A stretch of 32,000 nt of DNA, from contig JAJPGU010000004.1 in assembly GCA_021325615.1 (NCBI GenBank), positions 1 to 32,000 on the forward strand, in the 5' to 3' direction. The stretch comes from Nitrososphaerota archaeon. GTDB lineage: Archaea > Thermoproteota > Nitrososphaeria > Nitrososphaerales > Nitrosopumilaceae. Positions 6,934 through 16,269 of the stretch are shown in pieces. The notes beneath the pieces were generated by a model that was not told the DNA's origin, made no database searches, and worked only from the letters and a program-made list of their open reading frames with translations. How positions within the stretch are numbered: the stretch's first letter is position 1; each line of letters begins with the position of its first letter. The position numbers and the translations under genes are program-made.

Positions 6934-8499
6934 CTAAAGGCACCTGGTCTGCGTCTGCTCGCGCAGGAACTGGAGAAGGTAGTATTCCCCTCCCGCACCC
7001 TTGCCGGATATTCCCGAATCCTTCCATCCCACAAAGGGCTGGGCGCCCACCATTGCCCCAGTGGTTGCGCTTGCGGCCCGGTTGAGGTATGTGACACCAG
7101 CCTCTATCTTTTGGAAGAACCTTTGGGCCTCGGCAGGATCGCTGCTGAAAAGTCCCGCCGTCAGGCCGTAGTTGCTCTTGTTGGACTCGGAAATCGCCTC
7201 GTCAAGACTGTCAAATTCCTGGACGCAGAGGAACGGCACAAACAACTCCTCCCTCACAAGCTCATGGTCCCGCGGCAGCCCAGCCACGATGGTAGGCTCT
7301 ACAAAGTTTCCGTCCTTGTGCTCGCCGTCGGAAAGCACCGAACCTCCACAGAGGATCCGCCCATCCCTTTTCGCAAGGTCCGACGCCCTGAGGAATTTTT
7401 TTACCGCCGCCTCGTTGATTATTGGGCTTACAAACGTGTCTCGCTCCCAAGGCTTCCCAATCTTGAGGTTCCGCGTCTTTGAAACGAGTTTTTCCACAAA
7501 CTGTGGCGCCACCTCCCTTTGCACGTAAACCCTGGAGCAGGCGCTGCACTTTTGGCCGCTATACCCAAAGGCCGCCCGCAGCACGCCGTCGCTTGCCTTC
7601 TCAAGGTCTGCGCTCTTTGCAATTATGGCGGGGTTCTTTCCCCCCATCTCGGAAATGAAAGGCCTTGGAATGCGCGTGACAAATGAGTTGTATCCCGACA
7701 TGCCCACTTCCTTCGATCCGGTAAAGGCAATCCCAGATACAAGGGTGCTCTCAAGTATTGTCTTTCCCACGACCCCGCCTGCACCCGTGACAAAGTTGAC
7801 GGCAGAAGGCGGGATCTTGTGATATATTGCCTCGACAAACTTGAATGACGATATGGGCGAGTCGCTTGAGGGCTTGAGTACTACAGTATTGCCCGTTATC
7901 AGTGCGCCAGAGCTCATCCCTATCGCAATGGCGGAAGGAAAGTTGAACGGTGCAATCACCCCCCAGACTCCGTAGGGCTTGAGCACCGAGCGGGTGTTCT
8001 CGTTCTTGAACGCGCTCTGCGTCTCCTTCTCAAACCCCTGGTTTGACTCTAGCTGCTCGGCGTAAAACCTCATAAAGTCAATGGACTCGTCAAGATCCCC
8101 CATGGCCTCCAGCCTGTTCTTACCGTTCTCAAAGCTCATCACGGCAGCAAGATGGAACTTTTCCTGCGAGAATATGTCCGCTACATCGCGAAAGATGCGT
8201 ACCCTTTCCTGATACGGGGCAGAGGACCATTTGTCAAATGCATCGCGGGCAGCCTCGATTGCCCTCAAGGCATCCTCCCTTGTTCCAGATGGAAAGGTCC
8301 CCAGGACCAGGTTCCTGTCGGCGGGTGAGCGCACCTCGAACCTGCTGTCCGAGAAGATCTCCTTGCCACCCACAATCATCGGGTATGCCCTGCCAAAATT
8401 CCTCCTTACCTCCTCTACTGCACGGTCAAACTTTTTGTGAAAATCGTCAGTGGAATTGTTTTCTACAAATCCCGCCCAGGTTCGCTCGTTTTTGAACAT
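6934..8499 (-). CDS. 1-pyrroline-5-carboxylate dehydrogenase (aldehyde dehydrogenase family)
   Basis: FENGKN, the FTGS motif, EMGGKNP and the catalytic Cys in GQKCSA are present. The N-terminus MFKNE resembles the PFKNEP start of RocA/PruA. An alternative start is ATG 8565; the tracked 8667 start looks too long. Confidence 0.85.
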   Translation of the reverse strand: MFKNERTWAGFVENNSTDDFHKKFDRAVEEVRRNFGRAYPMIVGGKEIFSDSRFEVRSPADRNLVLGTFPSGTREDALRAIEAARDAFDKWSSAPYQERVRIFRDVADIFSQEKFHLAAVMSFENGKNRLEAMGDLDESIDFMRFYAEQLESNQGFEKETQSAFKNENTRSVLKPYGVWGVIAPFNFPSAIAIGMSSGALITGNTVVLKPSSDSPISSFKFVEAIYHKIPPSAVNFVTGAGGVVGKTILESTLVSGIAFTGSKEVGMSGYNSFVTRIPRPFISEMGGKNPAIIAKSADLEKASDGVLRAAFGYSGQKCSACSRVYVQREVAPQFVEKLVSKTRNLKIGKPWERDTFVSPIINEAAVKKFLRASDLAKRDGRILCGGSVLSDGEHKDGNFVEPTIVAGLPRDHELVREELFVPFLCVQEFDSLDEAISESNKSNYGLTAGLFSSDPAEAQRFFQKIEAGVTYLNRAASATTGAMVGAQPFVGWKDSGISGKGAGGEYYLLQFLREQTQTRCL

Positions 8500-8707
8500 A
8501 GAGGTTATTATGAAATTACCTGAATAAAACGGTTTGATGGACGCATTGCTTGACGCATACCGCATTTTAGCGAACCTGAGACCATGGCAGTCGCCAACCT
8601 GCGGAGGCCCGGTTTGATCCCACGCGGATCCCCCCAAGAGGCACATGGTGCAACGCCAAGTTAACACGGCGTTAGCTTCCGAACAAAACCATTTCCAACG
8701 AGAAACA

Positions 8708-8713
8708 TTTTAT
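8708..8713 (+). promoter_or_regulatory. TATA-like box (TTTTAT) for the nurA operon
   Basis: Lies 24 nt upstream of ATG 8738. Confidence 0.3.
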
Positions 8714-8737
8714 CCTTAGCTGCAAAGGTCTCTCTAT

Positions 8738-9577
8738 ATGCTTAATACCGTTTTTCGCGAGGCCCTCAAGAAGAGGGACGAGGCAAGGTCCATCCTGCAG
8801 GGTGAGAAATTTGATCGGATAATAAACGAGGCCCGGGCAAGTTGGGTAGAATACGAGCCCCAGAAGAGGGATGCGGTAATTGCAGGCATTGACAGCAGCT
8901 ACAACAGCACCAAGTTTCAGGGCCTTGAGCTCTGGGTTGCCACGGGAGTCTCAATCAAGTCCGACGGCACCATAATTACAGCCCTCCACAGCCAGGGCTT
9001 GGGCCAGCCGTCACCTGAGCTGGAGTCACAGGCAAGCAAGATGGAGGTGGATGCCTGCGCCGAGTCGGTGGACAAGGCAGACATCGTAGCCCTTGACGGC
9101 TCGCTGTATTCCCAGTTCCTTACGAGGCAGTCCTCGCTTGGCACCTCCATAACTTCCTCCATAAAAAAGCGGAACAACGTGGTCTTTATCTCAAAGACAT
9201 CCTCGGCAAGGAAGCAGTTTGAGAAGATGGGTTCGATGGCAGGTGACATCTTTTACTACAACCACGCAGTCAAGACACCGGGCTTTAGCAAGGTCTTTGT
9301 GGACAACAGCCTGGGTCCTGGAAAGGTTGTCTCTTATGTTTATGCAAGGTTGCGCAACTCCACCCCTCTCATAAAGATTGAGCTCCTAGGCTCAGGTTTT
9401 GGGGAAGGCGAGATTATGCACCTTCTTGACAGGCTTACAAAGAACAGCGTGGGCGGCTACCCGTATGCTCTCAGGCTTGCACATGAAAAATGCAAGATAA
9501 CCAATTCCGATCTCGCACGGCTTGTGAGCCTTTACGGACTTTCAAACGAGATTGGTTCAAGGGAGGTCCTTGGATGA
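8738..9577 (+). CDS. nurA: NurA 5'-3' nuclease
   Basis: IAGIDSS and VALDGSLY are catalytic Asp motifs. It is the first gene of an operon with herA, and its stop overlaps the herA start (ATGA). Confidence 0.8.
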   Translation: MLNTVFREALKKRDEARSILQGEKFDRIINEARASWVEYEPQKRDAVIAGIDSSYNSTKFQGLELWVATGVSIKSDGTIITALHSQGLGQPSPELESQASKMEVDACAESVDKADIVALDGSLYSQFLTRQSSLGTSITSSIKKRNNVVFISKTSSARKQFEKMGSMAGDIFYYNHAVKTPGFSKVFVDNSLGPGKVVSYVYARLRNSTPLIKIELLGSGFGEGEIMHLLDRLTKNSVGGYPYALRLAHEKCKITNSDLARLVSLYGLSNEIGSREVLG

Positions 9578-11091
9578 CAATAGGCGTGGTGATTGGCGAG
9601 TCCAAGCCCACAGAGGTGACAGCCCAGTCCTCAAGGCCCCTCTCGGTAGGAGAATATGTCATAATAGACTCGCAGGATGGCAGGCTGCTCGGCCTTGTGG
9701 AGAGGTCTGCAGTATCAAGCGAGGCGCTTGCAAATGTTAGAAATTTTGACGAGGCGGTCGAGAGCAAGGAGGTCGCCGAGATAAACTCAAGGGACAAGAA
9801 CTACAAGGTGAAGATAGGCATACTTGGCTTTCTTGACAAGCTGAAAAAGGGCCACGTTACCATCCCTGCAGTTCCACCGCTTCCCGGCACGTCGATACTT
9901 GAGGCGACACAGGAGGACCTAGGCATGATCTTCGCTCCTTCCGGTACAGAGTGGACAAGGGTCGGCTCGCTGCTGAGAAACTCGGAGATAGAGTCCAGGA
10001 TAAACGTCAACAAGATCGTGTCAAGGCATCTGGCAATACTTGCAATGACCGGCATGGGAAAGAGCAACCTAGTCTCGCTCATTGCCAAGCATGTCGCCTC
10101 CCTGAACGGCACCCTTGTGATTTTTGACTACCACAACGATTACGAGTTGCTTGATGTCTCGAAGATGAACTACATGCTAGCCAAGATAAACCCAAGGCTC
10201 CTCCCGGCCGACAAGCTTGCAGAGGTAATTGAGCTTAGGGAAAACGCGGACAAGCAGCAGCGCGTACTGCGCGAATCGCTCACCGAGTCGGTGAGGCAGG
10301 CAAAAGAATTTTGGGCGTCGCTTGAGGAGAATGTCTCCTCGTTTGGTCGCATGACAAAGGGCTATGCAGACTCGGCAAGCAGGGTACTTGACAAGATTGA
10401 TGATGCAAAACACAGGTTCTCAGACATACTCGACCCCGACTGCGGCGACCCGGTAGACCTGATAAAGGAGGGAAGGGTCAATGTGCTAAACATTGCGGAA
10501 CTCAGCGAGAGGCAGGCAAACGCGGGCCTTGCCTACTACCTACAGGAAATCCTCCAGCACAGAAAGGAGGCGGTCTGGGAGAAGAAGGGCAAGTCCCAAA
10601 GGCAGGGTCACAAGTTCCTTGCGCCCGTATTTACGATAATAGAGGAGGCGCACGTCTTCATACCAAAGGGCGAACACACGGATACCAAGTACTGGGCTTC
10701 CAAGGTGGCGCGAGAGGGCCGCAAGTTCGGAATGGGGCTAGGCGTAGTCTCCCAGAGGCCTAGGAACATAGACCCAAACGTACTTTCACAGATGGGCTCA
10801 CTTGCAATAATGAAGATAGTGCAGGACGACGACCAGCAGCAGATCGCGTCGGCTGCAGAGTCACTGAGCAAAGACCTGCTCTCCCAGCTCTCATCGCTCA
10901 ACATAGGCGACGCCGTGCTGATAGGCCAGTGGGTGAACCTCCCCTCCATAGTCCACATCGACGAGGTAAAGACAAAGCGCTCAGGCTCCGACCTTGATGC
11001 AGTCTCCGAGTGGATCCAGGCAGACAGGTTCAAGGGGATTGCAAAAGAGTCCACCCAGGGATTTGTCCAGAAAGACCTGCTTCTTGATTGA
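9574..11091 (+). CDS. herA: HerA hexameric DNA helicase/translocase
   Basis: N-terminal HAS-barrel-like region, Walker A AMTGMGKSN, Walker B FTIIEEAH, and VSQRP. The start at 9574 gives a 4-nt overlap with nurA. Confidence 0.9.
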   Translation: MTIGVVIGESKPTEVTAQSSRPLSVGEYVIIDSQDGRLLGLVERSAVSSEALANVRNFDEAVESKEVAEINSRDKNYKVKIGILGFLDKLKKGHVTIPAVPPLPGTSILEATQEDLGMIFAPSGTEWTRVGSLLRNSEIESRINVNKIVSRHLAILAMTGMGKSNLVSLIAKHVASLNGTLVIFDYHNDYELLDVSKMNYMLAKINPRLLPADKLAEVIELRENADKQQRVLRESLTESVRQAKEFWASLEENVSSFGRMTKGYADSASRVLDKIDDAKHRFSDILDPDCGDPVDLIKEGRVNVLNIAELSERQANAGLAYYLQEILQHRKEAVWEKKGKSQRQGHKFLAPVFTIIEEAHVFIPKGEHTDTKYWASKVAREGRKFGMGLGVVSQRPRNIDPNVLSQMGSLAIMKIVQDDDQQQIASAAESLSKDLLSQLSSLNIGDAVLIGQWVNLPSIVHIDEVKTKRSGSDLDAVSEWIQADRFKGIAKESTQGFVQKDLLLD

Positions 11092-11092
11092 C

Positions 11093-12244
11093 ATGATATT
11101 TTCCCACATCTCCGACACACACCTGGGATTTGTCCAGTACCACTCCGAGGAGAGGGAGGAAGACGTCTATTCGGCATTCAACGAAGCAATAGACACGTCC
11201 ATCAAGGACCACGTGGATTTTGTCATACTTGCAGGAGACATATTCCACGTCCCAAACCCCAGCGGCAAGGCCATAGTCACCCTTGCAAACGCCCTGAAAA
11301 GGCTTAGGCAGAGCGGCACAGACTCATTCTTCATTCTGGGCGAGCACGACATAAGCAGGATAAGAGCAACGCCTGTCCCGTTCGTATATCACAACCTTGA
11401 CTTTTCACGCTACATAGGGCAGGGCAGGCCCTTTGTCCACAAGGGAGTCCTCATTGCCGGATTTGACAAGAGGAGGAAAAGCGAGGCCGGCACGTTCGAG
11501 CAGGACTTTGCCGCAGTCGACGCCGCGGCGGCTTCGCACCAGGGCCACAAGATCCTCGTACTACACCAGGGAATTTCGGAAATCAACAAGTTTGCAGGCG
11601 AGATTAACTCCACCGAGCTCCCAAAGAGTTTCACCTATTACGCCATGGGCCACCTTCATGACCACGACCTGAAGAGGTTCGCCCACCTAGGCGGGCCACT
11701 TGCATATCCCGGATCAATCGAGGTGACATCAAGCGAGAAGGTGAAGGAAACCGAGAAGGGATTCTACGAGGTAGACATCTCAGGTGCCGAGGCCGTGCCC
11801 AAATGGATAAGGGTCGACACGAGGCCCCAGATATCCTCAAGCGTCCCCCTAGACTCGCTCCAAGAGGAGATCTCAAGGATTGCCGAAAGGTCGCGCCTAC
11901 TTGCAAGAAAGCCCATAATCGAGATCAAGGTAACGGGCAAGGTCCCAGACCCCGCCCTCATCCAGAGCCAGATATTGAGGCTCTCAGAGTTGGCGCTGAG
12001 GTGCTTCTGGAGGCATGTTTCCGAGCAGGATGGGGGCTCGGTCTTTATGCAGAAGCCCGCAAGGGTTGAGGACGAGATGCACCGCATTGCAAAGGAAGTC
12101 CTAGGCTCCGAAGAGATGGCAAACTTTGCGGTAAATGAGCTGCTTCCCCTGCTATCACGGGGAAGCGCGGAGGAGGCGGCAAGGGCAGTCAGCGATAATT
12201 ATACCCACTTTAGGAGGGCTTTTGAGAATGCTGCACTCAGTTGA
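11093..12244 (+). CDS. mre11: Mre11 nuclease
   Basis: Phosphoesterase motifs ISDTHLG, LAGDIFH, LGEHD, VLHQG, GHLH and YPGS are present. The ATG begins 1 nt after the herA stop. Confidence 0.9.
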   Translation: MIFSHISDTHLGFVQYHSEEREEDVYSAFNEAIDTSIKDHVDFVILAGDIFHVPNPSGKAIVTLANALKRLRQSGTDSFFILGEHDISRIRATPVPFVYHNLDFSRYIGQGRPFVHKGVLIAGFDKRRKSEAGTFEQDFAAVDAAAASHQGHKILVLHQGISEINKFAGEINSTELPKSFTYYAMGHLHDHDLKRFAHLGGPLAYPGSIEVTSSEKVKETEKGFYEVDISGAEAVPKWIRVDTRPQISSSVPLDSLQEEISRIAERSRLLARKPIIEIKVTGKVPDPALIQSQILRLSELALRCFWRHVSEQDGGSVFMQKPARVEDEMHRIAKEVLGSEEMANFAVNELLPLLSRGSAEEAARAVSDNYTHFRRAFENAALS

Positions 12245-14306
12245 GCTTGAAAACTTCCTGTCGCACGTGCACACAAGAGTGGACTTTGGGCCCGGAGTCA
12301 CAGTATTTGTCGGCCCAAACGGCGCGGGCAAGTCAAGCGCGATTGACGCAATCACATTTGCCCTATTTGGCGAGCATGTTAGAAAGTCAACGAAGGGACT
12401 CCTTCGAAGGGGGAGCAGCCAGGCCTATGCGCGGGTCGAGTTTTCAGTCGGGAGTAAAAAGTTCGAGGCGGTGCGGAAAATAGATTCCAAGGGCACCTCG
12501 TCTGCCCAACTCTACGAGATAACAGACAGTGGCCAGGTCCCGCTTGCGGCAGGTGAAAGGAAGCAGTTTGGCGAGTCCATGACACGCGAGATCGAGTCCC
12601 TCATAGGGCTTGACTTTGAGAAGCTAAAGGTCGCATCGATAGTCCAGCAGGGGGAGCTCCAGTCAATCATAGATGCCGACCCCAAAAAGTTCAAGAAGCT
12701 TGTAAACGCGATAATCGGGATAGACAGGCTTGACACCGCATACGAGATTATGAAAAAGACAATCGACTCGTTCCGCGCGGAGGTGAAGGCAAGGCTAGAG
12801 TATGACGATACAAGCATCGAGGCCCTGCAGGCAAAGGCAGAGGTCCTTGCAAAGGAGATTTTGCTAATCGAGCCCCAGATTCAGGCTTTCAGCCAGGAAA
12901 AATCTCTGCTTGGTGCAGAGATTGCAAACCTTCAGGAGACCATAGATAGCGAGGCCCCAAAGGAGCTCAAGATAAAGGAGATAGAGAGAAGAAAGGAGGA
13001 ACTTGCCCGCTACACGAGAGGCGCAATCACGACAATCAAGGGCCAGATAGCTGAAAAGGAGAGGAAGGTCGCAGACTGTTCCCAGTCCCTAGGCCTTGCA
13101 GCCACCAAGGCAACAGCCGAGTTGGAAGGCTCGAAGATCCAGCACGACCTTGACAGAATAGCGTCAGAGGCGAGGGATGCAAGCGGCAGGCTTGCCAAGA
13201 TAAAGAGTCAGCAGGAAATAGCTGGAAGGCTCCAGATGGTTGACGGCAAGTGCCCCGTCTGCGACTCGAAGGTCGACAAGATAAACCCGCTCTTTGAGCA
13301 GGGACACCTAAGGGAGGAGCTAGAATTTCTCACAAAAAGGCTTGAGGATCTTGTCCGGGAAGAGCAAGTCTTGAAACAGAAAAAGAGGGACACAGAGGCG
13401 AAGATCCAGCAGGCGCTCAGGGCAGAGGGCGTGCTTTCCTCCCACGGCGTGAAGGACCAGGCCGACCTTTCAAGGCTGAGCGAAGAGATTTCAGCCCTGA
13501 AGGCAAGCATCAGGGAGATCCCGCTTGATGTCAGCGCCTCAGGTAACATAACCCAGTTTGCAATCGATGAAAACTCTACCAATGCAATCAGCACCATCAC
13601 AGGGCTTGTCGAGGAGACGCGGGATTTCGACGTGGTCAAGTTCCGGGACCTAAAGTCAAGGCTTGATCAGAAGAGAGCCCGCATGAGCTCCCTAGACCAA
13701 GAAATCGGAGCCGCGTCCACCAGGCTGAGGATGAGAAGGGAAGAGTCTGAAAAAATATCAAAGGCACTTTCCGAGCTTGCCCATGTGCGCAGATACGTTT
13801 CGGGCCTAGAGTCAATAAGGTCGCAGATCTACAACAGGGACGGCCCTGTTGCGACAAGTCTCCGCTCATGGGCGCTTGGCATGATATCTCAAAAGGCTTC
13901 CGAGTACATGTCCACCTTCAACGTCAAGATCCAGAGGCTTGTCCTGGAGGACAAGGCGCGCGACATTGGAATTTCCTGCTATTCCGGAAACACGGTGCTT
14001 GACCTCGAATCCCTCAGCGGCGGCGAGAAGGTCTCCGTGGCACTGGCCCTGAGGCTCGGCATGGCCCACCTGATGGGCTCGTCACACCTCAACTTCATAA
14101 TCCTCGATGAGCCCACGACCCACCTCGACCATGAGAGGAGGAGGTCGCTTGTTTCCGTGCTCTCCCAGGCATTCGAGTCAAACGCGGACTCGATATCACA
14201 GTTCATCATTATTACCCATGACTCGGAAATATTTGAAAACTCCAACATTGATGCAATCTATGACTTCCGGCCCTCGCCCGAAGGAACCCAGGTAGTCTCA
14301 ATCTAG
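12228..14306 (+). CDS. rad50: Rad50 ATPase (short, 692 aa)
   Basis: Walker A GPNGAGKSS, a central zinc hook CPVC (13251-13262), signature LSGGEKV, Walker B IILDEPT and IIITHD. It overlaps mre11 by 17 nt. Confidence 0.9.
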   Translation: MLHSVELENFLSHVHTRVDFGPGVTVFVGPNGAGKSSAIDAITFALFGEHVRKSTKGLLRRGSSQAYARVEFSVGSKKFEAVRKIDSKGTSSAQLYEITDSGQVPLAAGERKQFGESMTREIESLIGLDFEKLKVASIVQQGELQSIIDADPKKFKKLVNAIIGIDRLDTAYEIMKKTIDSFRAEVKARLEYDDTSIEALQAKAEVLAKEILLIEPQIQAFSQEKSLLGAEIANLQETIDSEAPKELKIKEIERRKEELARYTRGAITTIKGQIAEKERKVADCSQSLGLAATKATAELEGSKIQHDLDRIASEARDASGRLAKIKSQQEIAGRLQMVDGKCPVCDSKVDKINPLFEQGHLREELEFLTKRLEDLVREEQVLKQKKRDTEAKIQQALRAEGVLSSHGVKDQADLSRLSEEISALKASIREIPLDVSASGNITQFAIDENSTNAISTITGLVEETRDFDVVKFRDLKSRLDQKRARMSSLDQEIGAASTRLRMRREESEKISKALSELAHVRRYVSGLESIRSQIYNRDGPVATSLRSWALGMISQKASEYMSTFNVKIQRLVLEDKARDIGISCYSGNTVLDLESLSGGEKVSVALALRLGMAHLMGSSHLNFIILDEPTTHLDHERRRSLVSVLSQAFESNADSISQFIIITHDSEIFENSNIDAIYDFRPSPEGTQVVSI

Positions 14307-14791
14307 CCGCCAGTAAGCTTGGCAAACCTTTCGTTCTTGCAGAGCGACTCCATGAACTTGAGGTTAGAGAGTGCTACCACTGCCGAGTCCCGTACCTGCT
14401 CGCTTGAGTCGTGAAGGGCCTTTTGCAGCGTCTCCCGTGCCTCCTGGGACCCTATTACACCCAGTGCAACAGCCGCCTCGTGCCTGACAAAAAGCGAAGG
14501 GTCGTTCCGTGTGGCGTCCTCAAGCGGCTTGATTCCGCTCCGGAGACACATCTGCCCAAGCGAGAATGCTGCCTCGTGCCTGACGAGCTCGTTTGGATCG
14601 TTTTTGAGTATCTTTGAAATGTACGGAACCACGTCCTCGCCCCCCATGTCGACAAGAATGCAGACTGCACGGCACCTGATCACAAAGTCCTGGCTGTCCA
14701 GCATCTTCACAAAATATTCCTTGTCCTTCTTCTCATATCTCTCCTCCATCTCCGAGAGGAGTTCAAGGCGCGCTTCTGGGACAGGTTCCAT
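14303..14791 (-). CDS. HEAT-repeat (PBS-lyase-type) protein
   Basis: Repeated units of the form ...VR..AA.ALG... occur (VRCRAVCIL, VRHEAAFSLG, VRHEAAVALG, VRDSAVVAL). Confidence 0.8.
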   Translation of the reverse strand: MEPVPEARLELLSEMEERYEKKDKEYFVKMLDSQDFVIRCRAVCILVDMGGEDVVPYISKILKNDPNELVRHEAAFSLGQMCLRSGIKPLEDATRNDPSLFVRHEAAVALGVIGSQEARETLQKALHDSSEQVRDSAVVALSNLKFMESLCKNERFAKLTGG

Positions 14792-14831
14792 ACCACAGAT
14801 TTTATACCCGCATATTTATTTCAACTACAGA

Positions 14832-15290
14832 ATGAGCAGGCTCCGATACTGGAAACTGACGGTAGACGATCTCAGAAAGGCACAGTATGACCCCAAGAAG
14901 GTGCTCATCTGGGAGATCAAGTGCTCAAAGGACGACAAGGGCACGCACTTTGGAGTCTTTTGCTACAGAAACGGGACGCCCTGGGACTATGCATCCATCC
15001 ATGGGCTAGTCTTTTACCACAACATGATTGAGGACGAGGAGGTAAAGAAGATCACCAAGTTTCTCAAGGACAAGTTTGGCGGCGAGCCCGGAGAGAAGGG
15101 AAGCAGGATCTTCCTCAAGAATTCAAGGGAGATTTACGAACCAAAGGAGATTGCAGACCTTGCGGTGGAGCTTGGAGACACGTTCGAGGCAAGCACCGAG
15201 CTTACGGTAGAGCTTGAAAACTTTACCCCGACCGAGCAGGACCAGAGTAACCTCCCTTCAAGCAAGATCCTCCCCATCCCAGGCAAGTAA
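14832..15290 (+). CDS. Hypothetical protein (152 aa) with an acidic C-terminus
   Basis: The ATG at 14832 lies 25 nt downstream of TTTTATA (14800-14806). The upstream part of the tracked ORF is antisense to the HEAT gene. I recognise no family. Confidence 0.5.
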   Translation: MSRLRYWKLTVDDLRKAQYDPKKVLIWEIKCSKDDKGTHFGVFCYRNGTPWDYASIHGLVFYHNMIEDEEVKKITKFLKDKFGGEPGEKGSRIFLKNSREIYEPKEIADLAVELGDTFEASTELTVELENFTPTEQDQSNLPSSKILPIPGK

Positions 15291-15417
15291 GGCCCGCCGG
15301 AGTCCCTTTGAGAATCCAGCATGGCAACCCGGCACAATCCAACCTAGGAATTCCCAAGAAGACTTTATTGTAAGATTTTCAGTATTCCGTTTTTAACGTC
15401 GGAAACCAGAATCATCC

Positions 15418-16176
15418 ATGGTAAGAAACCTAGCTACCATTGTTATGCTGGCGTCGCTTACCCTTTTCATGGCTGTCCCTTCAGGACAGCTTGCTAGCGC
15501 CCAGATTCTCCCAGGGCCTACGCTCCTGCCCGCGCCGACCAACCTTTCGGCAACGGCTGCATCAACCTCAGAGATTGACCTCGCATGGAGCGCGCCTTCA
15601 AACCTCCAGGGAATGCTGGTCAGGAGCTACAACGTGGAAAGGTCAGACGACGGCGGTACCACATGGTCTGCAATTGGCAGCACCCAGTCCACATCCTATG
15701 CAGATACAGGCCTTGCGGCAGGGACCACGTATTCCTACCGCGTGACTGCTTCGTATCTTGTCGGGACAAGCGCCCCGTCAAACTCGGCATCGGCTACGAC
15801 ATATTCCCAGTCCCCGGGAATCACGGTGTACGCTCACAGGATCCCGGCGTCCTACTGGGACCCGTGCTTTGCAACAACATGCAGTGCCGGAACAGGGCCC
15901 GGTGCCACGATGTACTTTGAGCTGTGGGATGCGGCAGGAAATGTTCTTGCTAGCGGATACTCTGACGAGAACGGCTACACCTTCACGGGCCTCAACCCCA
16001 GCACGACCTACTACGTCTATCCATGGGACTGCGACCAGTGCCACGGGTCGACCCACGATGTGGTCTTTGAATACTGGGGAGACAACCACAGCAGCGAAAG
16101 ACCAAGGCCTGCCACCGTAGGCGCAAGCCTTGACGCGTGGTACTCGTGCACAAACAACTGTGCCGACGGGCCATAG
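15418..16176 (+). CDS. Secreted protein: signal peptide, FN3 domain, Cys-rich C-terminal domain
   Basis: The N-terminal hydrophobic segment ends in ASAQ. The FN3 signature is PTNLSATAAS..IDLAWSAP...Y.VERS...W....YADTGL..GTTYSYRV. The C-terminal 115 aa contain 6 Cys. Confidence 0.75.
   Translation: MVRNLATIVMLASLTLFMAVPSGQLASAQILPGPTLLPAPTNLSATAASTSEIDLAWSAPSNLQGMLVRSYNVERSDDGGTTWSAIGSTQSTSYADTGLAAGTTYSYRVTASYLVGTSAPSNSASATTYSQSPGITVYAHRIPASYWDPCFATTCSAGTGPGATMYFELWDAAGNVLASGYSDENGYTFTGLNPSTTYYVYPWDCDQCHGSTHDVVFEYWGDNHSSERPRPATVGASLDAWYSCTNNCADGP
15823..16173 (+). repeat. Cys-rich domain coding repeat, copy A (inverted partner at 26018-26362)
   Basis: About 80% nucleotide identity by eye, including an identical 37-nt run GTGGTCTTTGAATACTGGGGAGACAACCACAGCAGCG. 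Confidence 0.8.
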
Positions 16177-16237
16177 GCACCAGGCATCCGCCTTGAGCAT
16201 GACCCCCTCCTTTTTTAAACGCGCCCCAGCCGCATAC

Positions 16238-16243
16238 TTTATA
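16238..16243 (+). promoter_or_regulatory. TATA-like box (TTTATA) for tatC
   Basis: Lies 26 nt upstream of ATG 16270. Confidence 0.3.
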
Positions 16244-16269
16244 GGGTTTTGAAGAGCTTCAACACCCAG

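Noticed and set aside
6931-8495. Plus-strand ORFs (6931-7482, 7172-7528, 7625-7822, 8231-8440, 8238-8495) and extra minus-frame ORFs across the P5CDH gene
   Set aside because: They are shadows of a strongly supported aldehyde dehydrogenase gene in GC-rich sequence.
14303-14306. The rad50 and HEAT-repeat genes end in overlapping stop codons (CTAG read on both strands)
   Set aside because: The overlap is real, but this is a common outcome of tight convergent packing. I see no evidence of functional coupling.
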